In this document: one piece after another, positions 38,095 through 49,527 of the stretch
Layout: the number at the start of each line of letters is the position of its first letter
How positions within the stretch are numbered: position 1 is the first letter of the stretch
NCBI GenBank assembly: GCA_000182565.2
Contig: KQ257466.1
DNA: 64,000 bases
DNA from: Spizellomyces punctatus DAOM BR117
Lineage: Eukaryota
Direction: 5' to 3' (one strand)
Notes under the pieces: generated by a model
Seen by the model: the letters and a program-made list of their open reading frames with translations, nothing else
Database searches by the model: none
Told to the model about the DNA's origin: nothing
Program-made: the position numbers and the translations under genes

Positions 38095-39240
38095 TTATGT
38101 AGCGATATTCCCTCCATCTCCTTGCTCCCCCTCCTCAGCGCCACCCAAAACATCTGGCCCATCGAGTTGCAAATTGGCAAAGCCCGCCTGTAAAGCTTCC
38201 ACAATCCTATCCTGTTCTACATGATGATGAACCATGGAAAAATTCCTCCTCCACAGAGCCCGATGAGCCAAACATGTTACCTTGCGAATTCCACCCACAA
38301 AACCTAAATCGCCTGTATCACGAGGGTTTGGTTCCTGACTTCCATGCACACCCACCACAACGGAATACCAGGGCGAATGCGCGGGGTAATGGGGAAACGC
38401 GACCGTTATTCCTTCTTCGTCCTCCATGTCATCCTCGCCGTCCCCGCTTGCCGACATCCGGCTCACATACCCTCTCCACCAAGCCCACTGTTCGCGGGTA
38501 CCAAACCTCCATTGAATCTCCACTTCATCCCCGATTTCAAACCCCGGCCTTCCATCTGGACGAAGAGAGGTGAAGAATTCTCGAAAGTTTAGTTCTCTCG
38601 AGTCCCATTCCAATAGATCCTCTGGTATTCTTCGAAATCGATGACGCTCCGAGATAGGTATTCGCTCATCTACAAACTCTGGCAAATGGCTAACCTCTTC
38701 CGTTTCCTCGATTGGGCGATCTAATAGCCGAATCTTTCGACCTCGTCTCCACTGACTAATGATCAGTGGATTATAGGATATGCAAAACGTTTGGCTGCGT
38801 TTATCATACGTAGCAATTCCAGCAAACGCGGACATTTGGCGATCCACCAGGGACCCAAGTACTTGGAGACATCCGGAGTATCGTCCCCCGGCTATTAGCC
38901 TGTAAGCCTCCTTGTAGTCATTTGGTAAAAAGAACTGCCCGTGGTCAAGTACTTTGTGTGGATATGGGCACACATGTTCGTTACTGTTACTCCGTTCTTT
39001 ACCCTCCACAACACACTGCACAGGATCTGGTACTTCCACAAGTGGGATACTATGTTCGCATGTCCCGTCGTAGAAGAACCACGGCCAATCGGTTAGACAG
39101 AGGCGTTTCCAGTAGGTTTGAGAAGATGCGAGGCGATAAAAGAAATGTGAGGTTTGGGAAAGAAGGGCTAAGGATTGTGCAGGAAGGTATTCGAGAATGA
39201 GCAATAGCAGGGGGAAGGGATAATCGCTTAGCGATTGCAT
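38095..39240 (-). CDS. F-box protein with a plant At2g32560-like (Tudor/Agenet-like) C-terminal region, single exon
   Basis: F-box LSDYPFPLLLLILEYLPAQSLALLSQTSHFFYRLASSQTYWKRLC; C-terminal GDEVEIQWR...WAWWRG and GFVGGIRKV. Confidence 0.82.
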   Translation of the reverse strand: MQSLSDYPFPLLLLILEYLPAQSLALLSQTSHFFYRLASSQTYWKRLCLTDWPWFFYDGTCEHSIPLVEVPDPVQCVVEGKERSNSNEHVCPYPHKVLDHGQFFLPNDYKEAYRLIAGGRYSGCLQVLGSLVDRQMSAFAGIATYDKRSQTFCISYNPLIISQWRRGRKIRLLDRPIEETEEVSHLPEFVDERIPISERHRFRRIPEDLLEWDSRELNFREFFTSLRPDGRPGFEIGDEVEIQWRFGTREQWAWWRGYVSRMSASGDGEDDMEDEEGITVAFPHYPAHSPWYSVVVGVHGSQEPNPRDTGDLGFVGGIRKVTCLAHRALWRRNFSMVHHHVEQDRIVEALQAGFANLQLDGPDVLGGAEEGEQGDGGNIAT

Positions 39241-39516
39241 CTGGGTATGGGAGCTATCTCCCGCACGCAGTGACAGGCATGGGGGCTGAATCAGACGCCG
39301 AGTCACACAGCTCGTGCGCAGCAGCGGACACAGGTTCGAATCTGAAGAACAGATCTGGTAGTTATCCCATTGGTAGATCCACGATCCAACTGTAAACGGG
39401 ATTCTGCACTCATTGTAGGATAGCAAGTCTTATCGATTCAAAACAATGGGATACCATATATTTATATCACAGAAACGTCCAAAATCATTAGTTTTACACA
39501 ATTCAATTCCATCCTT

Positions 39517-40513
39517 TCAAAACGGGTTTGGATCATCAGGTCTCAATCCAGCCAACGTGTGATTGACATCCCGATGCTCTGCCTCATCTGCCCTCACAGC
39601 AGCTACTACGTCCCTCAATGTTGCATTTTCCTTTAGCCTCCAGTATTCTTTTGCAATGTCGGGTGCAGGGGTCGTTCCCCAGTGCTGGATCTTCCCTACT
39701 TCAATATCCTTCAAGCAGTTGGTGTAGGTGTGAACAGCTTCCTCTTCGAGGTATCCAACAAACCGATGGCAGGCACGAGGTGAGAGTATGTATGAGGCGA
39801 AGAAGAGGTTGAAAAAGACGCCTTGGCCCATGAGGACCATTGCTCGGAACAAAATGGAGGGCTGTTTCAATTTCATAAAAGTGAGGAGGTGCATCCGTTC
39901 ATTTTCTGCTTCCTCGAGGAGAGTGTGGACCCAGCCATTGTCGCGACGGAGCAGGCGGAGGGAGCGAAGGTGGCGCATCATGCCGCCAACCATGCCAGGA
40001 ACACCAGCGACGGTTTCGAGGAACACTGCTCAGAAGGAGGATTAATACATATTACCCTAGTTCAATATCAAAGATTGAAAACTCACCGATTCTATTCAAC
40101 CACTGCTTTTCAGTCATAACACCAATCTTATCCGAGTAATTCGTCGCGGTATCAAATCCGAACCTCATCAGCCGAACCAGGGCAAATGCAATCTGATCCC
40201 TCACCCCTGCCAGCTCTTTATGGGTGAATTTAACCGCTTCCAGTTCCTGTGGGGTATAAACCGGATGGCGAAGCATGTAAGTTTTCTTTTTTACGATATC
40301 CGGTTCCTGCTTCTGTTCCATTTTTCTCCATGTTGCAGCGTTGGGATCGGTGCCGAGCTTTGGATGAGGGCCGGTGACTGTTGGTGAGGCTGATACAGAT
40401 GCAGGAGTTGTGCTTTGGGTGCGGACTGGGCTCAGAAACGCAGAAGCAAGGAGACGGGACGAAGGGCGTAGGATGCTAGGATGAATGACAAGAGGACGTG
40501 ATAATGTCAACAT
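39517..40513 (-). CDS. AOX: Mitochondrial alternative oxidase, 2 exons
   Basis: [37 protein letters not shown] and [12 protein letters not shown] diiron motifs; Arg/Ser-rich presequence. Confidence 0.97.
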
Positions 40514-40912
40514 TATGGTGGTAGTTGACAATGTATTTAAAAAGAAAAAAGTTATCTAATTCTTTAAAATGCTTTGAAAAGCGTTTTGCAGCACACTGTT
40601 TATATAACCATTCACCATCCGAAAATACCCGACGACAACAAAATGCAATACAATACCTGGAAAACATTGCAAGTCAAAAATAGGTGAGTCACCGCGCTTA
40701 ACTCTGTTGAATGACTCCGCTTGAACAGCCACATTTGTGAACCCGCATGCACGTACGCGTCTCGGACCCAACGGGACCAGATACACTTTGAATATTTGAT
40801 GACTTCTCGGAGGTTTAAAGAAAATAAATTGTCCAGCAATCCTTATTATAAAACTTTAAACGGACAATATCCGAAAAGATATCCAAACGATAGAATGTAC
40901 TCTCGGTTAGGT

Positions 40913-41889
40913 TTACACCTTGAGGTCTTCTGTCATGTTGGGCCTGGCCTTTTGGTGAACGTAAGCACCGACTGGTAAGACCTCTTTTCCGTGGGCAGTG
41001 TTGATGACTACGGCTGCGGAAGAGTACCACGCACAAAACGCAGTGATCAGTCCGAACCAGCCGCCAGCTCGGGTCGTTCCTTCGCTTGGTCTAAAGTCGA
41101 ACGATATAGATATGGGATGAACGCTGGATAATTCACAATGCTACAATCATAAATACGTACGCAAGTGCTCCAATGGTGAGAAGAAGAAATGTCATGGAAA
41201 GAAAGAAAAAGACAGAGAAAACCGCCTTGGATACTCGATACGCAGCGAACGTCATGTAAACGGTAAAGACAGTCCATCCAAGTAGGTAGAGACCAGTTGC
41301 ATCTGACACGTTGAGAGAGCTTGCTGCCAATGTGGGCACAATCAAGTATACATATGCACTAAACACCATTCGAGTTAGACCATGATTGTGATCATTGCTA
41401 ACAGAATGAGATCATTGCACTCACGCAAAGCTCATCCAAAAGCACCCGTACGAAGTGAACGCGGTTGCACCAAACGTGTTACTGCAAATGTAAACGAACA
41501 TGAGCACTGTACTTCCCACGAGTACATGTTAAAGCAAGAGTTTCAACCAACCTCGTCTGAAACTCCCACATTCCCGCCGCAAACTGCGCGATTCCACCAT
41601 AAAACAACGCCAAGGGCAATACAACAGGCTCCAAACGCTTATCAATAAAGACTCCAGCATTAAAGCAGGACAGCACAAAGGTAGTCAAGGCAAAGGACCC
41701 CAATCCAAGCGGACCAGGATTGCCGAGACCGGAAGCAGGCGCCGGAGGCGGTGGAGGAGCGGCAATGCGATTAAGTAGCTCCTCGAATTGCTCATGTGTA
41801 AAGTTGTATGGACGGTTCAGAGTGTTGGAGTCCATTTCGACAATAGTATCGTGCCTTGGGTTGGCCTTGTTGTACATTGTATCGGTCAT
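40913..41889 (-). CDS. GPR1/FUN34/YaaH (Ato/SatP) acetate/ammonium transporter family protein, multi-exon
   Basis: NPGPLGLGSFALTTF signature, ALFYGGIAQFAAGMWEF, NTFGATAFTSYGCFWMSF, AGGWFGLITAFCAWY..LPVG. Confidence 0.93.
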
Positions 41890-42946
41890 TGTAACGTGCA
41901 AACTAGAGGACAGACGCACACACACACAAAGAGGAAGACTGGCAGGAATCAAAGTGGAATGTATTGGAACAGGCAGTCAACAGCGAGAGGGAAACAGCCA
42001 AACGCTTGCTCCTCTTTATATCGCGATGCTCTCCATCCTGATTCTGAATTGGATGCCCTCCCTTACTCCCTTTTCCTTGGCTTCACCTTCACCGCAGAAA
42101 TGGGAAAATCCCAACCAACACCAAACAAACCTTTTTTTTTCACGCCTCCCTCCAACATCTCCCCTGCACACACAACACTCAGACATCCATCCCCCATCGA
42201 CCCCCGCGGAGGGTGAAGGGCGCCTTTACTCCTACTCGCAGCGATCGTCACTATTCCCTAGTTTTCCAACACTTTTCCAAAATAAACGCACTTAGACGCA
42301 ATCTAAAAGCAAAAGACACTCCAAAGGATGTGTCACACCAAATAATGTCATCTTGGTCGCGTGAGGTGTGACATAAGTGAGACAACATCCAAGACACAAT
42401 AAAGTGGGTATTTGTTTATGACTGGATGAGGTGGAACGCAGGCACATATTTGGCTTATTGCTTATGGCCTTACGTTATGGCATTGCTTAACACATCATTT
42501 TTACCTTGGAGACCTGCCAGCTCATCCATCTAGGGAGCCTTTGTAATAAGAAGATGACATCCTTTGTAATGTGTGAGATGGATACTGTAATACAGCGCAA
42601 AATGAGATGGAGAAAGTCGTCCTTCCTGTTAGACCGTCATCACTGTAACTAATGCATGAGTGATGTTGTCTAACGAACTCGATGGATGTTTCCTGATATT
42701 GGCTCTATCACTATGAGGACCAGTTTGGGGCCTAATAGGAAACAATGCGATTGAGATGGTGGGACTCACATTCAGACAGGGTAGCTGCTCATTACAGGGG
42801 CGATCACTAAATATACTGGTTGTTGGTGGGATCACATTTCTTGTTAGATATATATGTCGGCCATGAATGCTATTAACAGCAGCGCAAAAAAAACTATACA
42901 AAAAGGGCAGGCAAATTCACCGCCCCCACATAGCAGCTACATACAA

Positions 42947-43891
42947 TCATTCTTGGGGAATGCGTCTCTCGGCAAATTTACGGGTTTGATCACGAAGTTT
43001 GTCAATAGGTGCGACAGGGAGCCCAGCTATGAAATAGATTGAAGAATTAGAAAAAGGTTGCCGCGCATGCAAAAGAAGACAGGAGAACGTTGTGCCAAAG
43101 AGGAACTCACCAAGGACTTCCAATGTAGGTGGCTTGTCGGGTGCATGGGGATGAGGATGAGTGGGGGAAATCGCTTTCCGACGCAAAAATGCTTTGGACA
43201 AGTCGATCCGTTCCGGTTCTGGGATAACCTTTGCGATTTCGGGTAATTCCTTGGTCTCTTCCTCAGTAGCATGCTCCTTCAGCACTCGCATAACGTTATT
43301 GAGCGTCTCATCAAACCCCTTGTCACCAACCCGCATTTTGTCGAGTTTCAACAAGAGTTTTTTGACTTCAAAGTGATCTTGACGGAGATGATCTGCAATG
43401 TGTTCGCCACTTCCTAGAATATTTCTTTCTTCGATCAACTATATAGAGTGCATGTCAGATACAGAATATCCAAGTGGTTCACAACTGTCGACGATTGCTG
43501 GCTCCTACCGGATAGACAACGGTCTCCTCCGCAATAGAGTGCTGGGCTACTTCACGGATCAGCTCATTGATAATTGCCTATGTGTGTTGTCATTCCAATT
43601 AAGAACAACTGTTCGAATATTATTGATAGAACGCTTAATTTTCTGTACCTGTTGTTCTTCAGCATTGCCTGCATTCTTTTTATACCGATCATACAGCTCT
43701 TCAAATGACCTATGATCGTTCTTGATCAAGACCTCAACAGGTTTACGGGCGGTAAAACTCTCTGCTGCCTGATTCTTTTGGGGAAATGTGGTATTGAACC
43801 GAACTGTTGCTGCAGCGGTTGGACGCAAGATGTGTGCGGGGATGCGTAATACACTTGGACGAGCTGTGAGGATGAAGCGCCTGGAAAGCAT
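42947..43891 (-). CDS. Hemerythrin/HHE-domain protein with a mitochondrial presequence, 4 exons
   Basis: LIKNDHR, QHSIAEETVVYP, RQDHFEV, KEHATEEETKELP, PTHPHPHAPDKPP...APIDKLRD; N-terminus MLSRRFILTARPSVLR has no acidic residues. Confidence 0.9.
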
Positions 43892-44297
43892 TGCTATGTT
43901 CGTTGTTTGAAAAGAAGTGAGTGCGATGGAGAAGGGGGATATTGTCAAAGTGTGAAGGGTTTTATATCATTTGAACTGTTTTGTTACGCGATCATCTTGA
44001 CGCGGATGCAACGTCATTGATTTGCAACTCGCGCGTATTCAGTCGCATCAATTCACGCAGCATTCCTGGTAGCGGCTATCCATCACTGTTGAGCAAAAGG
44101 CCCCAACTTTAACATCAGCCTGCAAAGGTTTTGTGACTACAGCCGGGAGCCGACAAGAAAGTATACATCGAGTATCTGATATGGCACATGTAGTACTTAG
44201 TATGCATCTGGGCTGATGTGTATTACTTTTAAAAACATAGTGAAATCTCTGATGTTGCTCCCGGGCCCAAATGGCCCTTCATTTGTTCTTTTCAATT

Positions 44298-47200
44298 TTA
44301 CAGTCTTCCTGTAACAATGGCCTCAACATAATCGCTGATAAACTGCCTCTTCTCACTCAAATCAGTTCCAAAGAAGCTGCCTAATTCTTCTCTTACTTTC
44401 CGTTTTGTGAGCGTGTGCAGATCGGATATGGCAATGATGTACCGAATGCGCTCGACAATATCCTCGTCTGTAGGGAATCCTCCAGTCCAGGTACCACTAT
44501 CTTGAATGGTCTCTGCTGATTTACTCTTACTCAATAGCTGATCTGACGATTGAGTTGCATCAGGAATGATTAATTGACTAGGAGGACAAGACGGCGGGAT
44601 ATCGACAGCAATGCCAGGCAGACGATCGAGAGCCATGTCGGAACGGAAGAGCGCAGAGTTCCGGAGGTTGTTAATTGCGCGCGGTGCGGGAGGGCGAGGT
44701 TCACCTTCCGAACCAGAGCTGGAGGCGGCATAGTAACTTGGGGCATACTGAGAAGGTTCATAGTATGACATTGGGCCTTGCTGTAATCCGTCGAGCGAAC
44801 GCCTGGCCTCGATATGGGGGATGTATGAGCGGCGGTGGTCCCCGGCGTATGACGGCTCATAGGGCGACGCCGGACCCACACTGGAACCATACATCCCCCC
44901 CGGCCCACCATACGCAGAAGAAGGACGGGTATAATGAGCAGGACCCTGCGAGAACTGCGAATTTGCCGATCGCACAGACGCTCTCCTCCTAACATTTCCT
45001 TGCCCTTGACCCACGGCAACATTGGAAATGCTGTAAGCTGACACTGGGCGTCCATTAGGTCGGCCGTTCTGTGAATGTGGTGCACTGTTGTATCCTCCAT
45101 ATGCAACACTGTATCCATTTTCAGAAGCACCGTACTCGGACATGCCCATCGCAGCCTCGTCCTCTTGAGCCTTTTGCATCAAAATACCTTCATAGTCCTC
45201 CCACTTCATAAGTGGAATGATGCTAGGATCAAATGTCTCACCATCGCCACCGTGTGAGTCTTTTCCGCTTGCTCCAGCGATACGACGCGTATTTCCCCAC
45301 GAGAAATCATCAAAATGCCAGAAAGAATACAGCGGTAGCCAAAACGAAAAGACTGGCATGGCCAAAATGTTGATGATCATCCACCCAACATGTTGGTACT
45401 CTCGTTTTATGATAAAAATGATCGCCTGAAGTCCGTACGCGACACCCAGCATGATGAGGGAAATGATCGGGGGTTCCTGTGCCTCAATGGCAGCATAGAT
45501 GAGGTAGACAAGGTAGCCAGTCGTAGCAGGCATAATCAGCGTCGCGAACAAATCGAGGAACACCACAAAGCGCATGGAAAAGATCATACAACCGCAAAGC
45601 TGCGGCAGGAACAATAGCTCAAAGAGATTGTGAATCGTAGAATTGATCCATCGACGACGCTGGGAGAGAAGAATGGACATTTGGTCCGGAACGATTGTCA
45701 AACATTTCGCATCTGCCGTGAACTTTGTCCTGTACTCGGGGAAATATTTGAGCATCAGCGTTGTCAAGTACCGATCTTCCCCCAATGACAGTAGATTCTT
45801 TTTGTGAAGCGTGTCGACCTTGTTCTCCTCATAATCGTGGATAATATCGTTGCTAATCAGTAGAGGAATCTTTTTCTCAGGTGTTCGAATACGGTACATG
45901 GAAAAACAACCAGGAAGACAAGTGACACTTCCGAACAATGATTCGAAAGCCTTTGCCATGTGGTGACTGATGTAGTATTCGTACACTTGCATCATGGTCA
46001 CCCAGGATTGTTTCTCGTTGGCAATTTTCGTTTCACCACAGATGCCCATGATCTTTCCATCGTGTATCATGCAAGCCACCAACCGGTTAAGAGAGTCCGG
46101 AACGACCTCGGTGTCAGCGTCGACCATGAGGATATATTCGTACAGGTAAGGGTGAACACCGATAATGTTTTTCATATGGTGATACATTTCAAGGTCCAGA
46201 GGTGTCATGGGGGATCGATAGTGCACCTTGTTCAAGAACTTCATCAAAATCATTTGAGAGTCTCGTTTACCGCGATTACCAGGCTTTGTAGTTTCCGTTT
46301 CTTTGCCGCATTTGACAACAACAATGAAGGGAATCGCCCGAGCTTGAATGTGATACAGACCGGAATAGATCTTTGCCTTATTGTGACCTTTGGATCCTTC
46401 TGCGATGGCAACGTAATCTTTAGTTTCTGGCTGTTGAACGTTCCTGTCCACACCGAGGATGTCGAGAACAAGGTCTGGGGTGGGACGATCGTTCCCAGCA
46501 CCCTGTACAATACCATCCGCCACAATAAACAACAATTTACGTGTGTCATCATACTCCAGTAGCGAGAGGGAATTGATCGTCTTCTTTAGTGAATCCTCGC
46601 CTTCCGTATAACAAGGCACCTGCATGATGACGAACCTGTCGTGGTTTTCGGGTTGTCGCTTCGAACCGAGTTGTAGAGCAGCCAAGAACTTTATCACAAG
46701 GATAAATACCATGACACCTGTACATCCGTAGAGAATGTACTCTGATGCATGACAAGCAGCGGCCGATATACGATCGTCAACGACTCCCACAAAAAACTGG
46801 TTGTCAAGACATTTCATCCAGCTAGGGTCGATACGATTTGCAATCAGAGAGGCATCTTTGCCTCGGTAGTACGCTAGATAATCAAGGAGATCCGAAGGGA
46901 ATAGAGAACGTATCCAGGAATCTGCTTTCAACAGTTCAGTCACATCGTAGAACCTCCCGTTGATGAGTATCCATGCGTCCGTGTCTTTAGCATGATCGTA
47001 TACGGTATTTCTGTTATAGGCAAGAGAAGCGACTCGATATATGGGGAATGTGACCGTTTCCTTATACACATTGACGCTATCGTCCAACTTCCATGTGTCA
47101 TGACAATAACCAGTCGTGAAGCCTGTCTTGAGGCATGTCGTGTTGGTTGGAAGGTCTGGAGGAGTGCCCGATGGCTGCGGACAACTCTTGTGCAAAGCAC

Positions 47201-47804
47201 CTGTCTTTGCGTTGATCCGTGGAAACCACTCGGAAGCATCCTTACCCGCCACCGTTAAGAGCGTGAACGCCGGATCAGGATGTCTGTCAGCGTATGAGTT
47301 GACATCGTAAACGTATCCGTTCCAACTGATAAAAAGGTGATTCCTGGAGCTAATTGTATTGTGTTGGGCGACTTCGGATGGGGACATGATGTTGGCATTT
47401 GGACACAGGAATTTACTGAAGAATTGGACGAAGAAGATCATGACACCGCAAAGGAACAAGATAATGACGCAAAGGGCAACTTTTTCTCTCCATGCCATGC
47501 GGACATCGGGGCTTTTCATGCCGCCGATGGATTTCAGCAGAAAGCTCGGTATCCACCAAGTAGTCAACCAAGTGAATCGCACCCACCACCGTCGTGCGGC
47601 AGTTTGAGGGACTTTGGGCTTCTTTATTTTGGCTTTCTTGGCAGCTTTCGTGTCCTTGGCCGTTTCCTCATCACCCACTTTCTTGTCGTCTGATGGACCA
47701 TCCCCATCGGGAGAGATACTTGGTGGGAGCTCAACACCAATTTTATTGGATTTGACCACACTGGCCTGACGAGACCGTGATAAAGCGTTTTCTGACTCGT
47801 GCAT
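44298..47804 (-). CDS. Division-2 chitin synthase (cytochrome-b5-like domains, C-terminal DEK_C-like domain, no myosin motor), single coding exon
   Basis: AWREKVALC, VPCYTEG, GNRGKRDSQ, VDADT, CLPGCFSMYR, LGEDRYLTTL, QRRRWINST, WHFDDFSWGNTR; C-terminal PTDEDIVERIRYII..DL..LTKRKVREEL. Confidence 0.95.
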   Translation of the reverse strand: MHESENALSRSRQASVVKSNKIGVELPPSISPDGDGPSDDKKVGDEETAKDTKAAKKAKIKKPKVPQTAARRWWVRFTWLTTWWIPSFLLKSIGGMKSPDVRMAWREKVALCVIILFLCGVMIFFVQFFSKFLCPNANIMSPSEVAQHNTISSRNHLFISWNGYVYDVNSYADRHPDPAFTLLTVAGKDASEWFPRINAKTGALHKSCPQPSGTPPDLPTNTTCLKTGFTTGYCHDTWKLDDSVNVYKETVTFPIYRVASLAYNRNTVYDHAKDTDAWILINGRFYDVTELLKADSWIRSLFPSDLLDYLAYYRGKDASLIANRIDPSWMKCLDNQFFVGVVDDRISAAACHASEYILYGCTGVMVFILVIKFLAALQLGSKRQPENHDRFVIMQVPCYTEGEDSLKKTINSLSLLEYDDTRKLLFIVADGIVQGAGNDRPTPDLVLDILGVDRNVQQPETKDYVAIAEGSKGHNKAKIYSGLYHIQARAIPFIVVVKCGKETETTKPGNRGKRDSQMILMKFLNKVHYRSPMTPLDLEMYHHMKNIIGVHPYLYEYILMVDADTEVVPDSLNRLVACMIHDGKIMGICGETKIANEKQSWVTMMQVYEYYISHHMAKAFESLFGSVTCLPGCFSMYRIRTPEKKIPLLISNDIIHDYEENKVDTLHKKNLLSLGEDRYLTTLMLKYFPEYRTKFTADAKCLTIVPDQMSILLSQRRRWINSTIHNLFELLFLPQLCGCMIFSMRFVVFLDLFATLIMPATTGYLVYLIYAAIEAQEPPIISLIMLGVAYGLQAIIFIIKREYQHVGWMIINILAMPVFSFWLPLYSFWHFDDFSWGNTRRIAGASGKDSHGGDGETFDPSIIPLMKWEDYEGILMQKAQEDEAAMGMSEYGASENGYSVAYGGYNSAPHSQNGRPNGRPVSAYSISNVAVGQGQGNVRRRASVRSANSQFSQGPAHYTRPSSAYGGPGGMYGSSVGPASPYEPSYAGDHRRSYIPHIEARRSLDGLQQGPMSYYEPSQYAPSYYAASSSGSEGEPRPPAPRAINNLRNSALFRSDMALDRLPGIAVDIPPSCPPSQLIIPDATQSSDQLLSKSKSAETIQDSGTWTGGFPTDEDIVERIRYIIAISDLHTLTKRKVREELGSFFGTDLSEKRQFISDYVEAIVTGRL

Positions 47805-48903
47805 TATAATGAAACCCGTTCGCAAACTGTTACAATCAAGGATCTTCTTGTGAGAAACCAAGCAACGCAAACTCATCCAACACAATATGTACTCACCAAG
47901 GACAACCAGAACGATTTACCAAAATGTGCCCAGCACTCCGTCTACAGTGAAAGCAATGTAGAACAGGCGAAAGAGAGTTGGTTGGCAACCTTTTGCTATA
48001 TTCAGATGTTCATTCTGACTAATGCTAAAAAAAATAGGCATAGAGGGGTTCATATTCAGATCTTTGAACTCATGGCTATTTTTAGAGCAGGTTATTTCTT
48101 GGTAGCTGTTCGCGTGTTCGCGTGTCGCTGAGGGACGGCTCCCGGACCGCTCAAGATATCATCCCTGGTACATACATCGATATTAGAACTATGAATGAGA
48201 AGAAAACACCATCACAGTTGGGTGAATTATTGAGCGTTGTTGGTTCCTTGCAATGGAACGATCTATTTTGCACTGTTTTTGAAGACGGCATCGAAGGAAG
48301 CCTTTGAGCACTCTCCTCATCATAACCAGCTTCATAAGTATAACCTATCATATTCCGTTCAATGAATGAACCCACAGTTTGCCAGGCACCCGAGAAGATC
48401 ATTCTCTATCGATTGACGGGGCATATAAGCTCAACTTTCATGTAGAACTTTGATCAAGGTTATGCTGGTGCTTAGCTCTTAGTGCTTCAAATCACGCTAA
48501 AACGCTCGGTGGATCTACTGTAACATGTCAGTGTAAAACGTAAGTAAGAAGCGATAAATTGGCAATAGTCGCAACCCGTTTGACAATGCACTGTCTGATC
48601 CACATGCAAGGATACCATCGAAGGGCAATGTTACGCACATTCTGGACGATCATAGTCTTACGGAATGGACGAGATCATAATCGTTTGCGCGATCATCCCA
48701 AGCATTTGCTACCTGCTTGGTATCAGAGAGTGCGGGCAAAAGGAGAGTCAGTGACTTCACAGATCCCATCACCATCATAAACCCCATGTGCATTAAAAAT
48801 TCTTTCTGCCAAAGCGATGTTTTCCCAATTCTATTGAACTTTCCTGCAGAACGATCAAAGCAGCAGTGAGATACCAGCACTGCAAGATAGTAGCTAGCCA
48901 CTG

Positions 48904-48978
48904 TTCTACTACAGAATCTGAATTGAGCGCAAGCTTGTTCTGCTTGCTCTTCTACTACAGAATCTGAATTGAGCGCAA
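48904..48978. repeat. Perfect 29-bp direct repeat (two copies, 17-bp spacer)
   Basis: TTCTACTACAGAATCTGAATTGAGCGCAA at 48904-48932 and 48950-48978. Confidence 0.9.
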
Positions 48979-49527
48979 TCTTGTACTGCATTTTGGTTGT
49001 CACCGGGCCTATGCGATTAAAGGGGACTTTTTAGAAAACTGCAAACTGAATAACACACACAGTTTTCGTTGTGTTCAATGTTAATGCAACCTGTTGTTTT
49101 AGGTATACTATCATTGTTAATGTCATGATCTTAGTCGTATCTATAGAAAATTGGATTTCCAATTACTCAATCCGCTATGCCTCCTCATCTATCTACATAG
49201 CCGTCAATATTGCTGTCATTGCAATGAAGCGCAACCTCCCTCATCAATGGCTTCGGCACAGAGAAGCAAGCCGAGTTACTAACAATTTGCCTGAATTGGG
49301 CAATCCGTCAAGTTCTGCATACAACGAAATCAGCCTCTCAACAGAAGATTGCAAATAACGCAAGATCAGCGATGACATTGACAGGTCTGTTTTAAAAAAA
49401 AAAAACGATGTAAAAACTATACAAGGGAGAATCAGAAACTTCTAAGGTCCTACAACGCCCAGATCCCCTTTACAAACAAAATCCCCAAAAATGGTCCGTA
49501 TTACAGGAATTACACATATACTTTAAA

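Noticed and set aside
48904..48978. CRISPR-like repeat-spacer-repeat
   Set aside because: Only two copies, a 17-bp spacer, eukaryotic context and no cas genes.
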